64,000 bases of DNA, from the NCBI GenBank assembly GCA_000091205.1, contig AP006493.2. One strand, given 5' to 3'. This document shows, in pieces, positions 34,336 to 43,688 of the stretch; positions within the stretch are counted from its first letter, which is position 1; the number at the start of each line of letters is the position of its first letter. Position numbers and translations under genes: made by a program. The stretch is from Cyanidioschyzon merolae. Its lineage: Eukaryota. The notes below the pieces were generated by a model, which saw only the letters and a program-made list of their open reading frames with translations, was not told the origin of the DNA and searched no databases.

Positions 34336-34895
34336 TCGATGAGAGCAATATACATAGTGCAGAAATCGATTCTACACGATTCTCATCGGTGCGTTCGGGG
34401 CGAAACCCACACATCATGGCACCGGATGCACACTGCAACAGGCCGAGAAGAAGAGCTTGAAACCGAGCCGACTGCACGAGATGGTACGCTGCAATTTGGT
34501 CGAACGTCACATGGCGAGGCTACCGATGGCTGAAGCCTTGCACGTCTGTGATTCACTCTGCAACGGTGCGCGCGCAGACGTGCTGCACCGAGTCTTGAAC
34601 GACTTGTGAAACAGTCCAAGATATCTGGTGCCTCTGCGGCGTCCAGTGGATTTGTGTCGAACGAACGCTCATGGTAATCGTTTAGCGCACAGCGTAGGCA
34701 TTGGCTGAACGGCAGAAGACTTTCGATTGAGAAACCAGTCATCAGGAGCCAAACGATACGATGTTCGCCCGATGCAAATCACTGATGTGGAAAGAGATGG
34801 CAATCTCAAAGGGCTAGAGCGCCGTATATCGAGACTGTGATCGTTTTCCCATGGCAACTGCTTAACGATAGTGTTATTCGACTATTCGATGTTCC
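34336..34895. repeat. Left arm of a ~560 bp inverted repeat whose partner is at 43128-43688
   Basis: The reverse complement of 34336-34895 matches 43128-43688 base-for-base apart from a few SNPs. ORF translations in the two arms are identical except at 3 residues. Confidence 0.9.
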
Positions 34896-35286
34896 TGAGT
34901 ATTTGAGTGCCGTTACATCCGCAACAATGATATGTGCATTCGGATGGAGCGCCATCCACCAGAAGACTAACGATACAGCCATGAATCAATACTGCTGACA
35001 TAAAATCATGTTTGTCGGTCCATTTAGAGGGATGCGTTCCATACGGTGGACATTTGTTCGAAAGCACAAGCACCGAAACGCGCTGGCGTTTCCGCCTGAG
35101 CACCAGCAGACGCATCTGACGCATCAGCAGCGGAGGCGGCAACTAGCGCTAAGCGTACCCCTCGATGTCGCATGCGCGACGGCTGCGGAGGTCTTCGCGA
35201 GGTCAGTGCAAGCGTGATCAATGGTCTTCAAACACTTGAAACCCGTGCACGGAACTCGTGACTCGATTCCCAAATGCGGCATCTTC

Positions 35287-36984
35287 TTAGCTGCTGTCAG
35301 CGGAAGTTGGTTGTCTCGTTTCAGGTAGATAACGCCAAAGCCAATATTCCCCGCCCATTAATATCAGAGCAAAGAAGAGAAATGTTCCAGCAATGCCAAA
35401 CAGTTCCCGCTGCAAGAGCGGGAAACCGATACTCACCGCAGTGGTAGCGACAGCGTTCACAACCATTCCGATCGAGTTCGCCGACGCCCGAGCCTCCGGC
35501 GAAAACAATTCATTCGCGACAAGAACAGCAAGCGGCCCGTGAGAGACAGCAAATACAGCGACAAACAACATGAGCGCTAGAAAGCCCGTAAATGCGACAG
35601 AGGATGAACCGTTTTCTGCTCGGGTCGCCCGGGCAAGCGCAAGATGACAGGCAGCAAGCACTGGTGTTGAAAAAAGGTACAGTTTCCGACGACAGGTGCG
35701 ATCGATGATACCGACTGCAACCAGCGTGGCAATCACGTTCATGACGGATAAAAGCACAGCACCGTACAAAGGCCCAGATAATCTCGCAAGGCGCCTGGAA
35801 GAACCCATCGCACTGGATTGCACTTGTTCCAAAATTTGCACACCATACACGAGGACAACGTTGATTCCAGTCAACTGTTGGAGAAGTTGAAGTATCATGC
35901 ATATCTGTATCCGCGGATCGCGCAAAAGGAGCCACACGCTCGCTCGAGATCGAGCTGTCGGGGACGATCCCCGAGCCAAAACTGCGTACATCGCAAAGCT
36001 CTCCACATCTTTCAAGCTCAGTGACTCGTTTTGCAAAGAAGGCCTCGAGATAACGTTGAAAGAGTGTCCCGCCTCGGCAGCATCTGGACGCAAGGCGCGT
36101 GCACTCGCTACCATACTATGCTCCCGCTCTTTCCGCTGCGACATCGGTTTCCCGGTCTCCAGCATATCGGCACTCGTAGCGTCCCTGTATGCAGAAACGC
36201 CCATGGAGGACTGATAGCGCAGCAGGCCGATACACATCAAGATAGCGGGCACGAGTGGATAGCGCAAAGGTCGGAGAAAGTTTCCGCGCATGTCGATCCC
36301 GGCGCCACCAGCAACGGGATCCACTTGACGGTGTACATCCTCGTGACCAGTGGCAAGATTAACGAGATTGGCCATAAGAATACCGATTGTTATCGCGAGC
36401 TGATAGAGAAAGACAAAGGCGCCTCTGCTTGTTGACGGAGCAACCTCTAGACACAGAGCTGGCCCGAGAACGTTCACGATGCCGGCGCCGATGCCAATCA
36501 GCAAGCGGTGGATGAGCAGCACCAGAAACGCACCCATCTGGAAGCGACCTGTTAACATCCGTTCTCGTTTTATGAGAAAAGGAAGCCCCGACCCGAGACA
36601 GAAGAACACCGAGCTCCAGCGTAGCCATAAATAGCGGCGCCAAGCAGCAGTTCCCGCCCCATGCGCAAGAAACGGGAGGACCCTCTGGTACAGGCATCCG
36701 ACGAAAGCTCCGACAAAGTACGACCCAAGCAGAACTTGCTCCCCGGAAGGCCACGAGCCGAACCAGTCTTGGAACGAGCGGAACGTCGTTACCGTTGAGA
36801 ACACTGCCAAGTGGTACCCGAAAAGCAACCCGCCAAGCAAACAAGACAGCAAACAAGGCCGGGCCCCAAAAGTGCTCAGAAACCTCTTCCATCTCACTGT
36901 GACGGTTTCCATGAAAGCAGGTCGAGCATAGTTTCTCACCAAGCAAACCAGTATGCCGCTCCGGCTGGCAGCAACTGCAAACAC
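35287..36984 (-). CDS. MFS sugar porter family transporter (hexose-transporter-like)
   Basis: 12-TM topology with a long central loop. GRRKLYLFSTPVLAACHLALA, the sugar-porter GRR motif after TM8. A C-terminal WRYLPETRQ, the PETKG-like motif. Confidence 0.7.
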   Translation of the reverse strand: MFAVAASRSGILVCLVRNYARPAFMETVTVRWKRFLSTFGARPCLLSCLLGGLLFGYHLAVFSTVTTFRSFQDWFGSWPSGEQVLLGSYFVGAFVGCLYQRVLPFLAHGAGTAAWRRYLWLRWSSVFFCLGSGLPFLIKRERMLTGRFQMGAFLVLLIHRLLIGIGAGIVNVLGPALCLEVAPSTSRGAFVFLYQLAITIGILMANLVNLATGHEDVHRQVDPVAGGAGIDMRGNFLRPLRYPLVPAILMCIGLLRYQSSMGVSAYRDATSADMLETGKPMSQRKEREHSMVASARALRPDAAEAGHSFNVISRPSLQNESLSLKDVESFAMYAVLARGSSPTARSRASVWLLLRDPRIQICMILQLLQQLTGINVVLVYGVQILEQVQSSAMGSSRRLARLSGPLYGAVLLSVMNVIATLVAVGIIDRTCRRKLYLFSTPVLAACHLALARATRAENGSSSVAFTGFLALMLFVAVFAVSHGPLAVLVANELFSPEARASANSIGMVVNAVATTAVSIGFPLLQRELFGIAGTFLFFALILMGGEYWLWRYLPETRQPTSADSS

Positions 36985-37294
36985 TTTTTTCCTCGTTGAA
37001 GTCGCCCTCGCAGATGCAGCCGATGCGTTTGGGATGTCGCAGTCGCAGCAGCCGCACTAGTTTCCTACCACTTCGGTTCGTATGTTGCAGCAGCTGTTGT
37101 TCGTTTCAGGAGCGTTACCCTTGGAAGCTCGAGTTTGCGTGCACAGGGATTCACCGATACCGATTTGCGAGGCAGGAGACCGAAAGCACTGGAGGCGCCA
37201 CCCCAAGGGTGCAACGCAACCCAGTTTGCAGAGCCTCGGACGGCCGTTGATCTTTCCGAAGCTGAGCGAGCTTTTCAGCCGAAGTTTGACTGTC

Positions 37295-38473
37295 ATGGCG
37301 CTCGACCCTGAACCTCGAGCAGGACGCAGTCTTGGTCGCTCTGTAGATGACGCTGGGAGCCTACGCTTTCACGCTGGGGACGGCCTGGTTCCGAACGAGC
37401 TGGTGGAGGCGCGGAGCAGCTTCGGTGCACTGCCCCCGCGACACTGCCTCTTCGCGGAGTTTCTCGGAACCGCGCTGCTGACGACTTTTTCCGGCTTAAT
37501 CGGCCTTTCGAGTCCTGCTGCAGTGCCGTTTCTTGCGGGTGCAATGATCTCCTGTATAGTACTGAGTTTCATTCCCACGTCAGGAGCGCTTTTGAACCCT
37601 TTTGTGGTGCTCGCGCTCTACGTCACAAAGCGCCTGAGACTGGTACCGAGCCTTGCGTATACGGGCGCTCAACTTGCTGGCGGCACTCTGGGTGCCGTTA
37701 TCTTTAGCCTCTTGGCGACGCCAGACATGTATAATCGTGTGGCGGGGGGCACGGTCTCATTGCAGACCAACATGTCTCTATGGCAGGGAGCGGGCTGGGA
37801 GTTTTTCCTCACATTTAGCCTGATCTCGCTAGTTTCAACAATGGGGTTTGCAGCCTTCGAACTACACGCAGAGAACGAATACGCTCGTTGGATGCAGCAG
37901 GCTGTATTTGCGCTTCTAATAGGATTGCTTGTTGGATTCCTTGTGGGTGTCGGTGGCCCGATAACGGGATGCTCCATGAACGGCGCACGCGCTTTGGGGC
38001 CGCTCGCAGTCGCGCAGCTCCGGGCATGGATGACAGCGGCTTCTCCAGAATGGCTTGAACGGGCATCTCGAGGTCATTTTGTGATCTACTGGTTGGCACC
38101 GGCTTTGGGCTCGGTGACTGGCGCCCTGCTCATGGAACATGCCATCGTATCACCTTGGCTTGGGCGTGCTCCAAAATCTATCCTGCAGGATTTGAGCGTC
38201 TACACCAAGCGGAACATGGCTCAGCTGCGTAGCTATGGTACAGCTGGGCTCCTTGCGTATGGGATTCTGAACACCATTTTTTACGGTTCGGTTTTCACAT
38301 ACAGTTTGGTCTTTGTCTTTGCATCGCAGCCTGGGGCAATCGCCAAGGCTTGGGCGGCGAGCTGGGTCGCAAGTCAAGCGACGAAACCTTTTCGACTTTT
38401 TCTGGCGATCGCTATGGCGCCCTGGATTCGACGACTCCTTGAAAGGCTTCCTTGGAATCGGCACCAAAGCTAA
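37295..38473 (+). CDS. MIP/aquaporin-family channel with non-canonical NPA boxes (NPF and NGA) and a ~150 aa C-terminal extension. The ORF track runs from 37082; the ATG is at 37295.
   Basis: Loop B SGALLNPFVVLALY, where the canonical form is SGAHxNPAVT. Loop E GCSMNGARALGPLA, where the canonical form is G-x-x-x-NPARD-x-GP. Six hydrophobic helices in the expected spacing. Confidence 0.65.
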   Translation: MALDPEPRAGRSLGRSVDDAGSLRFHAGDGLVPNELVEARSSFGALPPRHCLFAEFLGTALLTTFSGLIGLSSPAAVPFLAGAMISCIVLSFIPTSGALLNPFVVLALYVTKRLRLVPSLAYTGAQLAGGTLGAVIFSLLATPDMYNRVAGGTVSLQTNMSLWQGAGWEFFLTFSLISLVSTMGFAAFELHAENEYARWMQQAVFALLIGLLVGFLVGVGGPITGCSMNGARALGPLAVAQLRAWMTAASPEWLERASRGHFVIYWLAPALGSVTGALLMEHAIVSPWLGRAPKSILQDLSVYTKRNMAQLRSYGTAGLLAYGILNTIFYGSVFTYSLVFVFASQPGAIAKAWAASWVASQATKPFRLFLAIAMAPWIRRLLERLPWNRHQS

Positions 38474-40184
38474 TGCAAAACTTGACGCGTTTCCTCAGGA
38501 GCTCTGTACGTCTCGCCGCTTGTGAACTGCTGTCTATGTCGATGCGATGCTGTCACTAAAGTACGTCATGTTGCGGGGTAGTAGTTGATTCACACCCGGC
38601 AAGGTGCAGAGATCGAAGTTTCTCGCTGGATCGAACCGATAGAGGCACGGTGACGTTCGATGTGACCGGAGCGAAAGCAGAGAAGCGATCGAAGCGCAAA
38701 GCGCTGAGGCGTTTGCTTCCGAGTTCGTTCTCGTATGCGCTGCAGTAGCTCTTGCGAATTCTGGGGCTAAACTAAACGAGGCATCTGAATGGTCGCATAG
38801 AAGGAGCCTCGCAGCCCTTTACATGCTTTCTTGGGGCTCCAAAGGCAGCACCGTACGTTGTACGCTCCAGGAGGCTTGGAATGCGTTGCCTCGGATCGGT
38901 TTGCGACGAGACAATGCCATCATAGCTGTTGCGGAAGTTTTGATTCATCAGCGGCCGGATCGCTCATGATCTGAGCTGGTGGCCGAAGAATCCCTGAACT
39001 GCCGGAACGGCCAGCGCTGAGCCTTCGCAAGACTTGAGCGCAGGTGTTTTCAACGGCTGAGACCGATGTATCTAAAAGGATTCTTTCATATGCGCGAGCG
39101 TTGTCTGTAACCGCAGGCGACGTGTGAGAGAGAAGTTGCATCTGCAGTTGCAGGAAGTTTACCGCGTGTTGCATTGCTTTCTGTAGGACTGGCAGGAGCA
39201 CTCTACGTATAATAGATGGGTTATGAACGGGGTGCCTCAACTGCTATTGCGCACTTTTAAACTCCAAAATGAGCGCTTTGCATCCTGGATGACGGCATCC
39301 GCGTCACCGAAAAGAACAACATGGCATCAACCATCGCCATGGATTTCCTTTTACGGATACGAGTGGTGCGTCGCCAGTCTCGGAACTTGGCCAGCGCTTC
39401 ACGTTCTATTTCTAATTCACTGTCAAGGAATTTGTTAACATATCTCAAGTTTATGTTACGCAAAGAGCACGGTGAGAAGCGAAAGGCGTCTGAAGGAAGT
39501 TCACACATGGTCGATGACATCAGTAGATTGCATTATTTCTTGAAAAGACCGCACGCTGGAGCAGATTTTTTCAGATCATTACAAATCAGATCGCTCAATA
39601 GCGGGAAAGAGCTCGAAGACTATAAGCAGCACGGAATGAACTGTGCTCAAGAAGCATAGCTTGCACCATAGGCTCAGTGTCAGCGCCCTGAACGGGCATT
39701 GCCTCTGTGCGCAGCAGCGGCAGGCAAGGCTCTCCCGATAAGCTTCCAGCGCATCGGCGCCTTGCATTCCTTGGAAAGAACAGTTCATCTACAAGCCTCA
39801 TACTGCAAACCGAAACGAACGCGATTCTCCGCGCACATCTACTGGGGCGCTCAAGACCCGGCCCAGGCAGAGATGCAGCTCGACATTTTCGTCGTGTTCG
39901 CAGGTTGACTCCCTTTTGTAGCACTGGATTGGTGCAGGCAGACACTTGTCGGCATCCAAGTGCATCAATATTCAGAAATGTTATACGCATAGATCAGATG
40001 AAAATGGAACACTGAATTGCTCGCTCTTTTCCTGCCTCTCGATTGTTTTCCAAACTTTTTTTAGATATTCAGCCTCGGCATTCCAAGTGCAGCAGGAAGG
40101 GCATGCGCATTCTTAAGAAGCTTTCGGAATCTCGATCGTCTTTTCGGAGTGGCTCCATGTACTCTCGAACGCTGGCATTCGTTA

Positions 40185-40290
40185 CGTCACCGGAATCAGG
40201 ATGACTCGCGACGCCATCAAACAGGGGTTCGAAAAATAAGCGATATCATTATCGAATTCATTCAGAAAAGCATCCAGTCTTCTGCATTAC
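40185..40290 (-). repeat. Short dispersed repeat (family 2), copy 3, in inverted orientation
   Basis: ggaatcaggatgactcgcgacgccatcaaacaggggttcgaaaaataagcgatatcattatcgaattcattc is the reverse complement of copy 1 at 10255-10335. Confidence 0.6.
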
Positions 40291-40579
40291 TTTCGTGTAG
40301 CATGCTCAAGTCACGCATTATTCAATATTTTGACCTCTCTATATGAAGGCAACTCATGGGTAAAGCAAGTCGCTCCGTTGGATTGACGCAGAAAAACACT
40401 CGACCTCGTCAACGCACAACGTGGGATATGCTTGAGGCATCCATCGCTGGCGCGCATTGCTACCCTGACGAGTTGCCATAGAACACAACTTCGAACACGT
40501 GAAGCAATCGTGATTTGAGCATGCTATGCGTATGAAAGGCGAAGACTGGACGATTGTTCGTATAAATTTTCTTGCATTG

Positions 40580-40665
40580 TATCGGCTATGTAAAGAACCC
40601 TTGGTCGAGGCTGTCGCGAACTCCGTTGTTTCAAGTAACGTATCGAATCCCAGCGTCACATAGAG
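40580..40665 (+). repeat. Short dispersed repeat (family 2), copy 4
   Basis: gaacccttggtcgaggctgtcgcgaactccgttg...cgaatcccagcgtcacatagag aligns with copy 1. It lies ~300 bp from inverted copy 3. Confidence 0.5.
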
Positions 40666-40988
40666 TCGATGAAGCCACCCCGAAAAGATGACGAAGAATC
40701 CTTAGAAACACATATTCATCTGTAAGACCTTATTGCCCTACTTCGGATGTCGAAGCTGTCCATGTAAAAAACGTTCAAAAATATTGCAACACAGGGACAG
40801 AGCGAGCAGTTCACGGTGGTATTCGAACATGACACGAGCGCGCGTTCATGCGCAAGCGCATGCTGTTGCGGCTGGAGCGGCACCACGCTTACCAAATACC
40901 GCTTCGTACTTCGTGTCACTTCGTGAACGGGAACGTGTGCTGTAGATGGTACGAAGATCACGGTTGTCCTTGAAACACTGCACCAAAC

Positions 40989-43076
40989 ATGGGAATAGCG
41001 GGATTCCAGCGCTGGTATCTGGAGAATTTCCCCAGCACAGTCGTTACGGTAACTGGGGAGAGCGCGCCTGAGCACTTTGACCACGTGCTTTTCGACCTGA
41101 ACCAGCTTATCCACTTGGCAGCGCGCGTCGCAAGAAACCGCGACCAGTTTTTCATCCGTTTATTCAGGTGGTTAGATAACATTCTTCGGCTTTGTGTACC
41201 GAAAAAGTCGGTCTTCATAGCGTTTGATGGCCCGGCGCCCTTGGCGAAGCTCGTTACGCAAAAGCGAAGGCGCGTCCTCGAGTCGAGGAAACTCCACCGC
41301 ACGCGCAAACGCAAACGACGTTGCGGCGTTGATGTGCTCAGCCTTTCGCCTGGAACAGAACTTATGCAGCTGACTTTGCAGGCTGTAGAATTTTACGTTT
41401 GTTCTCGACTGCAATCGAAGCGTCATTTGTACCAGAACGTGCGTTTCGTTGTGAGTGGTCCGACTGTTCCCGGCGAGGGCGAAATAAAAATCATCGACTA
41501 CATCCACCGCTATGTGGACCCGCAGCACTCCGTTGTCGTCATTGGCAGCGACGCTGATCTCGTGGTATTAGGACTGGCAACGCAGAAAGTTCGGAATTTC
41601 TTCGTCTTCGTTATCACTCCGCGAGCCAATATGCAGGACGCGCCCGAGCACGGGACTGCTCAGAAACGACAGGCTATAAGCGCCATCGTCATTAGCGTCT
41701 GGCAGTGGATTCGGGTTCTTGATCGTTTTTTCCCCGGTGAAACACCGTCTCTGCGTCTAGATCTGGTTGTGATGCTCATGATGCAGGGAAACGATTACTT
41801 GCCAAAGCTGCGCGGCACTTCATTTAATTCGATCTGGGAGGCGTACAAGGCTTTGAAATTGGACAAAGGGCCCATGCGAGGAAAATACCTCGTATGCAGA
41901 GAGCAGCGCAGTTTCGACTGGGAATTCCTGTACGCGCTCATGAAGCGCCTCATCAACCCGCTGGTCCCGAATCTTACGAAAGAGCTCATCGAAATGTATC
42001 GAGAAGCGAGCATACGTGGGCAAGAAGCGCTGAGACTCGCCCAAGCGGGGAATGCATCCGTAGAGGCCTCGTCATCCTGCGAATCCGAGTCAAAAGATTC
42101 AGTCGAACGCAACGTTCACCCGAGTGATCTGGAAGATGGCACCGAACCTGACGCTGCGCACGGCGAAATTTCGGCGGACGTCACGGATCCTGAGGATATT
42201 TTGGAGAAAGTGGATATACCGGAAGGCATATCGGTGGACGACGACGAGAAGCTGTACGACACAGAGGAATGGCTGCGAACGTTGCTTTGGGCGCTCGCGA
42301 TGTATATTGATGGATTCTGTCCCGATTTTTACCACACATATTCAAGGGCCTATGGACCATCGGCATCAGACATTGTTCGATGGCTTAAGGAGAACGACGG
42401 TGATCCGCTCCTGCAACTGCAACCGCCGTTGAGCGTTGCACCACCGCTACCACCGCACGCAGCGCTGTTAGCCCTGGTCCCGGCGAGCGCGGCGAGGCTT
42501 CTACCGCAGCCCATCTTCAAAAGAGTACTCTTGCGAAGTCAGCAGCAAGCCGAGAACTCCGAAAGCGCCGCAGAGATGGGAACGAATGCCGACGAGACTG
42601 CAAAACTGATCACATTCATCTTGCAAGATGACGGGCGACGCACGAATCGTTCACTTCTTTTGCGTGTTGTCGAAGGCATCCGCGATGACGAATACGAAGA
42701 AATCGAGAAGCATCGGACCCGGTTAAGCTCGTCGGTGGCTTTCGCACTTCGTCAGGGTGACATGTCTGGCAATGGTCGGACGTGCGCGAGCTCCCAGGAG
42801 CGGGCCCCAAAACTACCAGAGCCGCCTGTGCAACGGTTCGCCAAGCTGTCGCTGTCAGGTGCAGAGTTCAGCATTGAGGGCGTCCAACTTACAAGCACGC
42901 CGCCGTGTCGCTCATGGTGCTGGAGTACTGACGGGACGGAAGCGCGTCGAACGAGCAAAAAAGCGGTTTCGGTACAAAATCTGTCGTACAAGCGCGTATT
43001 TACCCGCAAAATACAATCGGAACGTTCTCAGCGGGACAGAAAACGCATCAACCATGCGACTGAAAGAAATCCTTAG
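40989..43076 (+). CDS. XRN: XRN-family 5'-3' exoribonuclease, short form (695 aa)
   Basis: Conserved N-terminal XRN blocks are all present: MGIAGFQRWYLENFP (compare MGVPKFFRW), FDLNQLIH (DMNGIIH), FIAFDGPAPLAKLVTQKRRR (AIDGVAPRAKMNQQR), VPGEGEIKIIDYI (PGEGEHKI) and IGSDADLVVLGLA (GLDADLIMLGL). Confidence 0.8.
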   Translation: MGIAGFQRWYLENFPSTVVTVTGESAPEHFDHVLFDLNQLIHLAARVARNRDQFFIRLFRWLDNILRLCVPKKSVFIAFDGPAPLAKLVTQKRRRVLESRKLHRTRKRKRRCGVDVLSLSPGTELMQLTLQAVEFYVCSRLQSKRHLYQNVRFVVSGPTVPGEGEIKIIDYIHRYVDPQHSVVVIGSDADLVVLGLATQKVRNFFVFVITPRANMQDAPEHGTAQKRQAISAIVISVWQWIRVLDRFFPGETPSLRLDLVVMLMMQGNDYLPKLRGTSFNSIWEAYKALKLDKGPMRGKYLVCREQRSFDWEFLYALMKRLINPLVPNLTKELIEMYREASIRGQEALRLAQAGNASVEASSSCESESKDSVERNVHPSDLEDGTEPDAAHGEISADVTDPEDILEKVDIPEGISVDDDEKLYDTEEWLRTLLWALAMYIDGFCPDFYHTYSRAYGPSASDIVRWLKENDGDPLLQLQPPLSVAPPLPPHAALLALVPASAARLLPQPIFKRVLLRSQQQAENSESAAEMGTNADETAKLITFILQDDGRRTNRSLLLRVVEGIRDDEYEEIEKHRTRLSSSVAFALRQGDMSGNGRTCASSQERAPKLPEPPVQRFAKLSLSGAEFSIEGVQLTSTPPCRSWCWSTDGTEARRTSKKAVSVQNLSYKRVFTRKIQSERSQRDRKRINHATERNP

Positions 43077-43127
43077 CAGGGGCTGCGCGAACAACTTGGG
43101 GTAAGCGCTCAGGCCCAATTATTATGT

Positions 43128-43688
43128 GGAACATCGAATAGTCGAATAACACTATCGTTAAGCAGTTGCCATGGGAAAACGATCACAGTCTCGATATACG
43201 GCGCTCTAGCCCTTTGAGATTGCCATCTCTTTCCACATCAGTGATTTGCATCGGGCGAACATCGTATCGTTTGGCTCCTGATGACTGGTTTCTCAATCGA
43301 AAGTCTTCTGCCGTTCAGCCAATGCCTACGCTGTGCGCTAAACGATTACCATGAGCGTTCGTTCGACACAAATCCACTGGACGCCGCAGAGGCACCAGAT
43401 ATCTTGGACTGTTTCACAAGTCGTTCAAGACTCGGTGCAGCGCGTCTGCGCGCGCACCGTTGCAGAGTGAATCACAGACGTGCAAGGCTTCAGCCATCGG
43501 TAGCCTCGCCATGTGACGTTCGACCAAATTGCAGCGTACCATCTCGTGCAGTCGGCTCGGTTTCAAGCTCTTCTTCTCGGCCTGTTGCAGTGTGCATCCG
43601 GTGCCATGATGTGTGGGTGTCGACCCGAACGCATCGATGAGAATCGTGTAGAATCGATTTCTGCACTATGTATATTGCTCTCATCGAA
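43128..43688. repeat. Right arm of the ~560 bp inverted repeat whose partner is at 34336-34895
   Basis: See the left-arm entry. The inner ends face the 8,232 bp spacer. Confidence 0.9.

Noticed and set aside
34172-34510. ORFs inside the inverted repeat arms (34172-34857 on the - strand and 43166-43881 on the +), including identical 62 aa and 119 aa translations
   Set aside because: Their identity is a trivial consequence of the duplicated DNA. The frames diverge exactly where the repeat ends, and there is no recognisable protein family.
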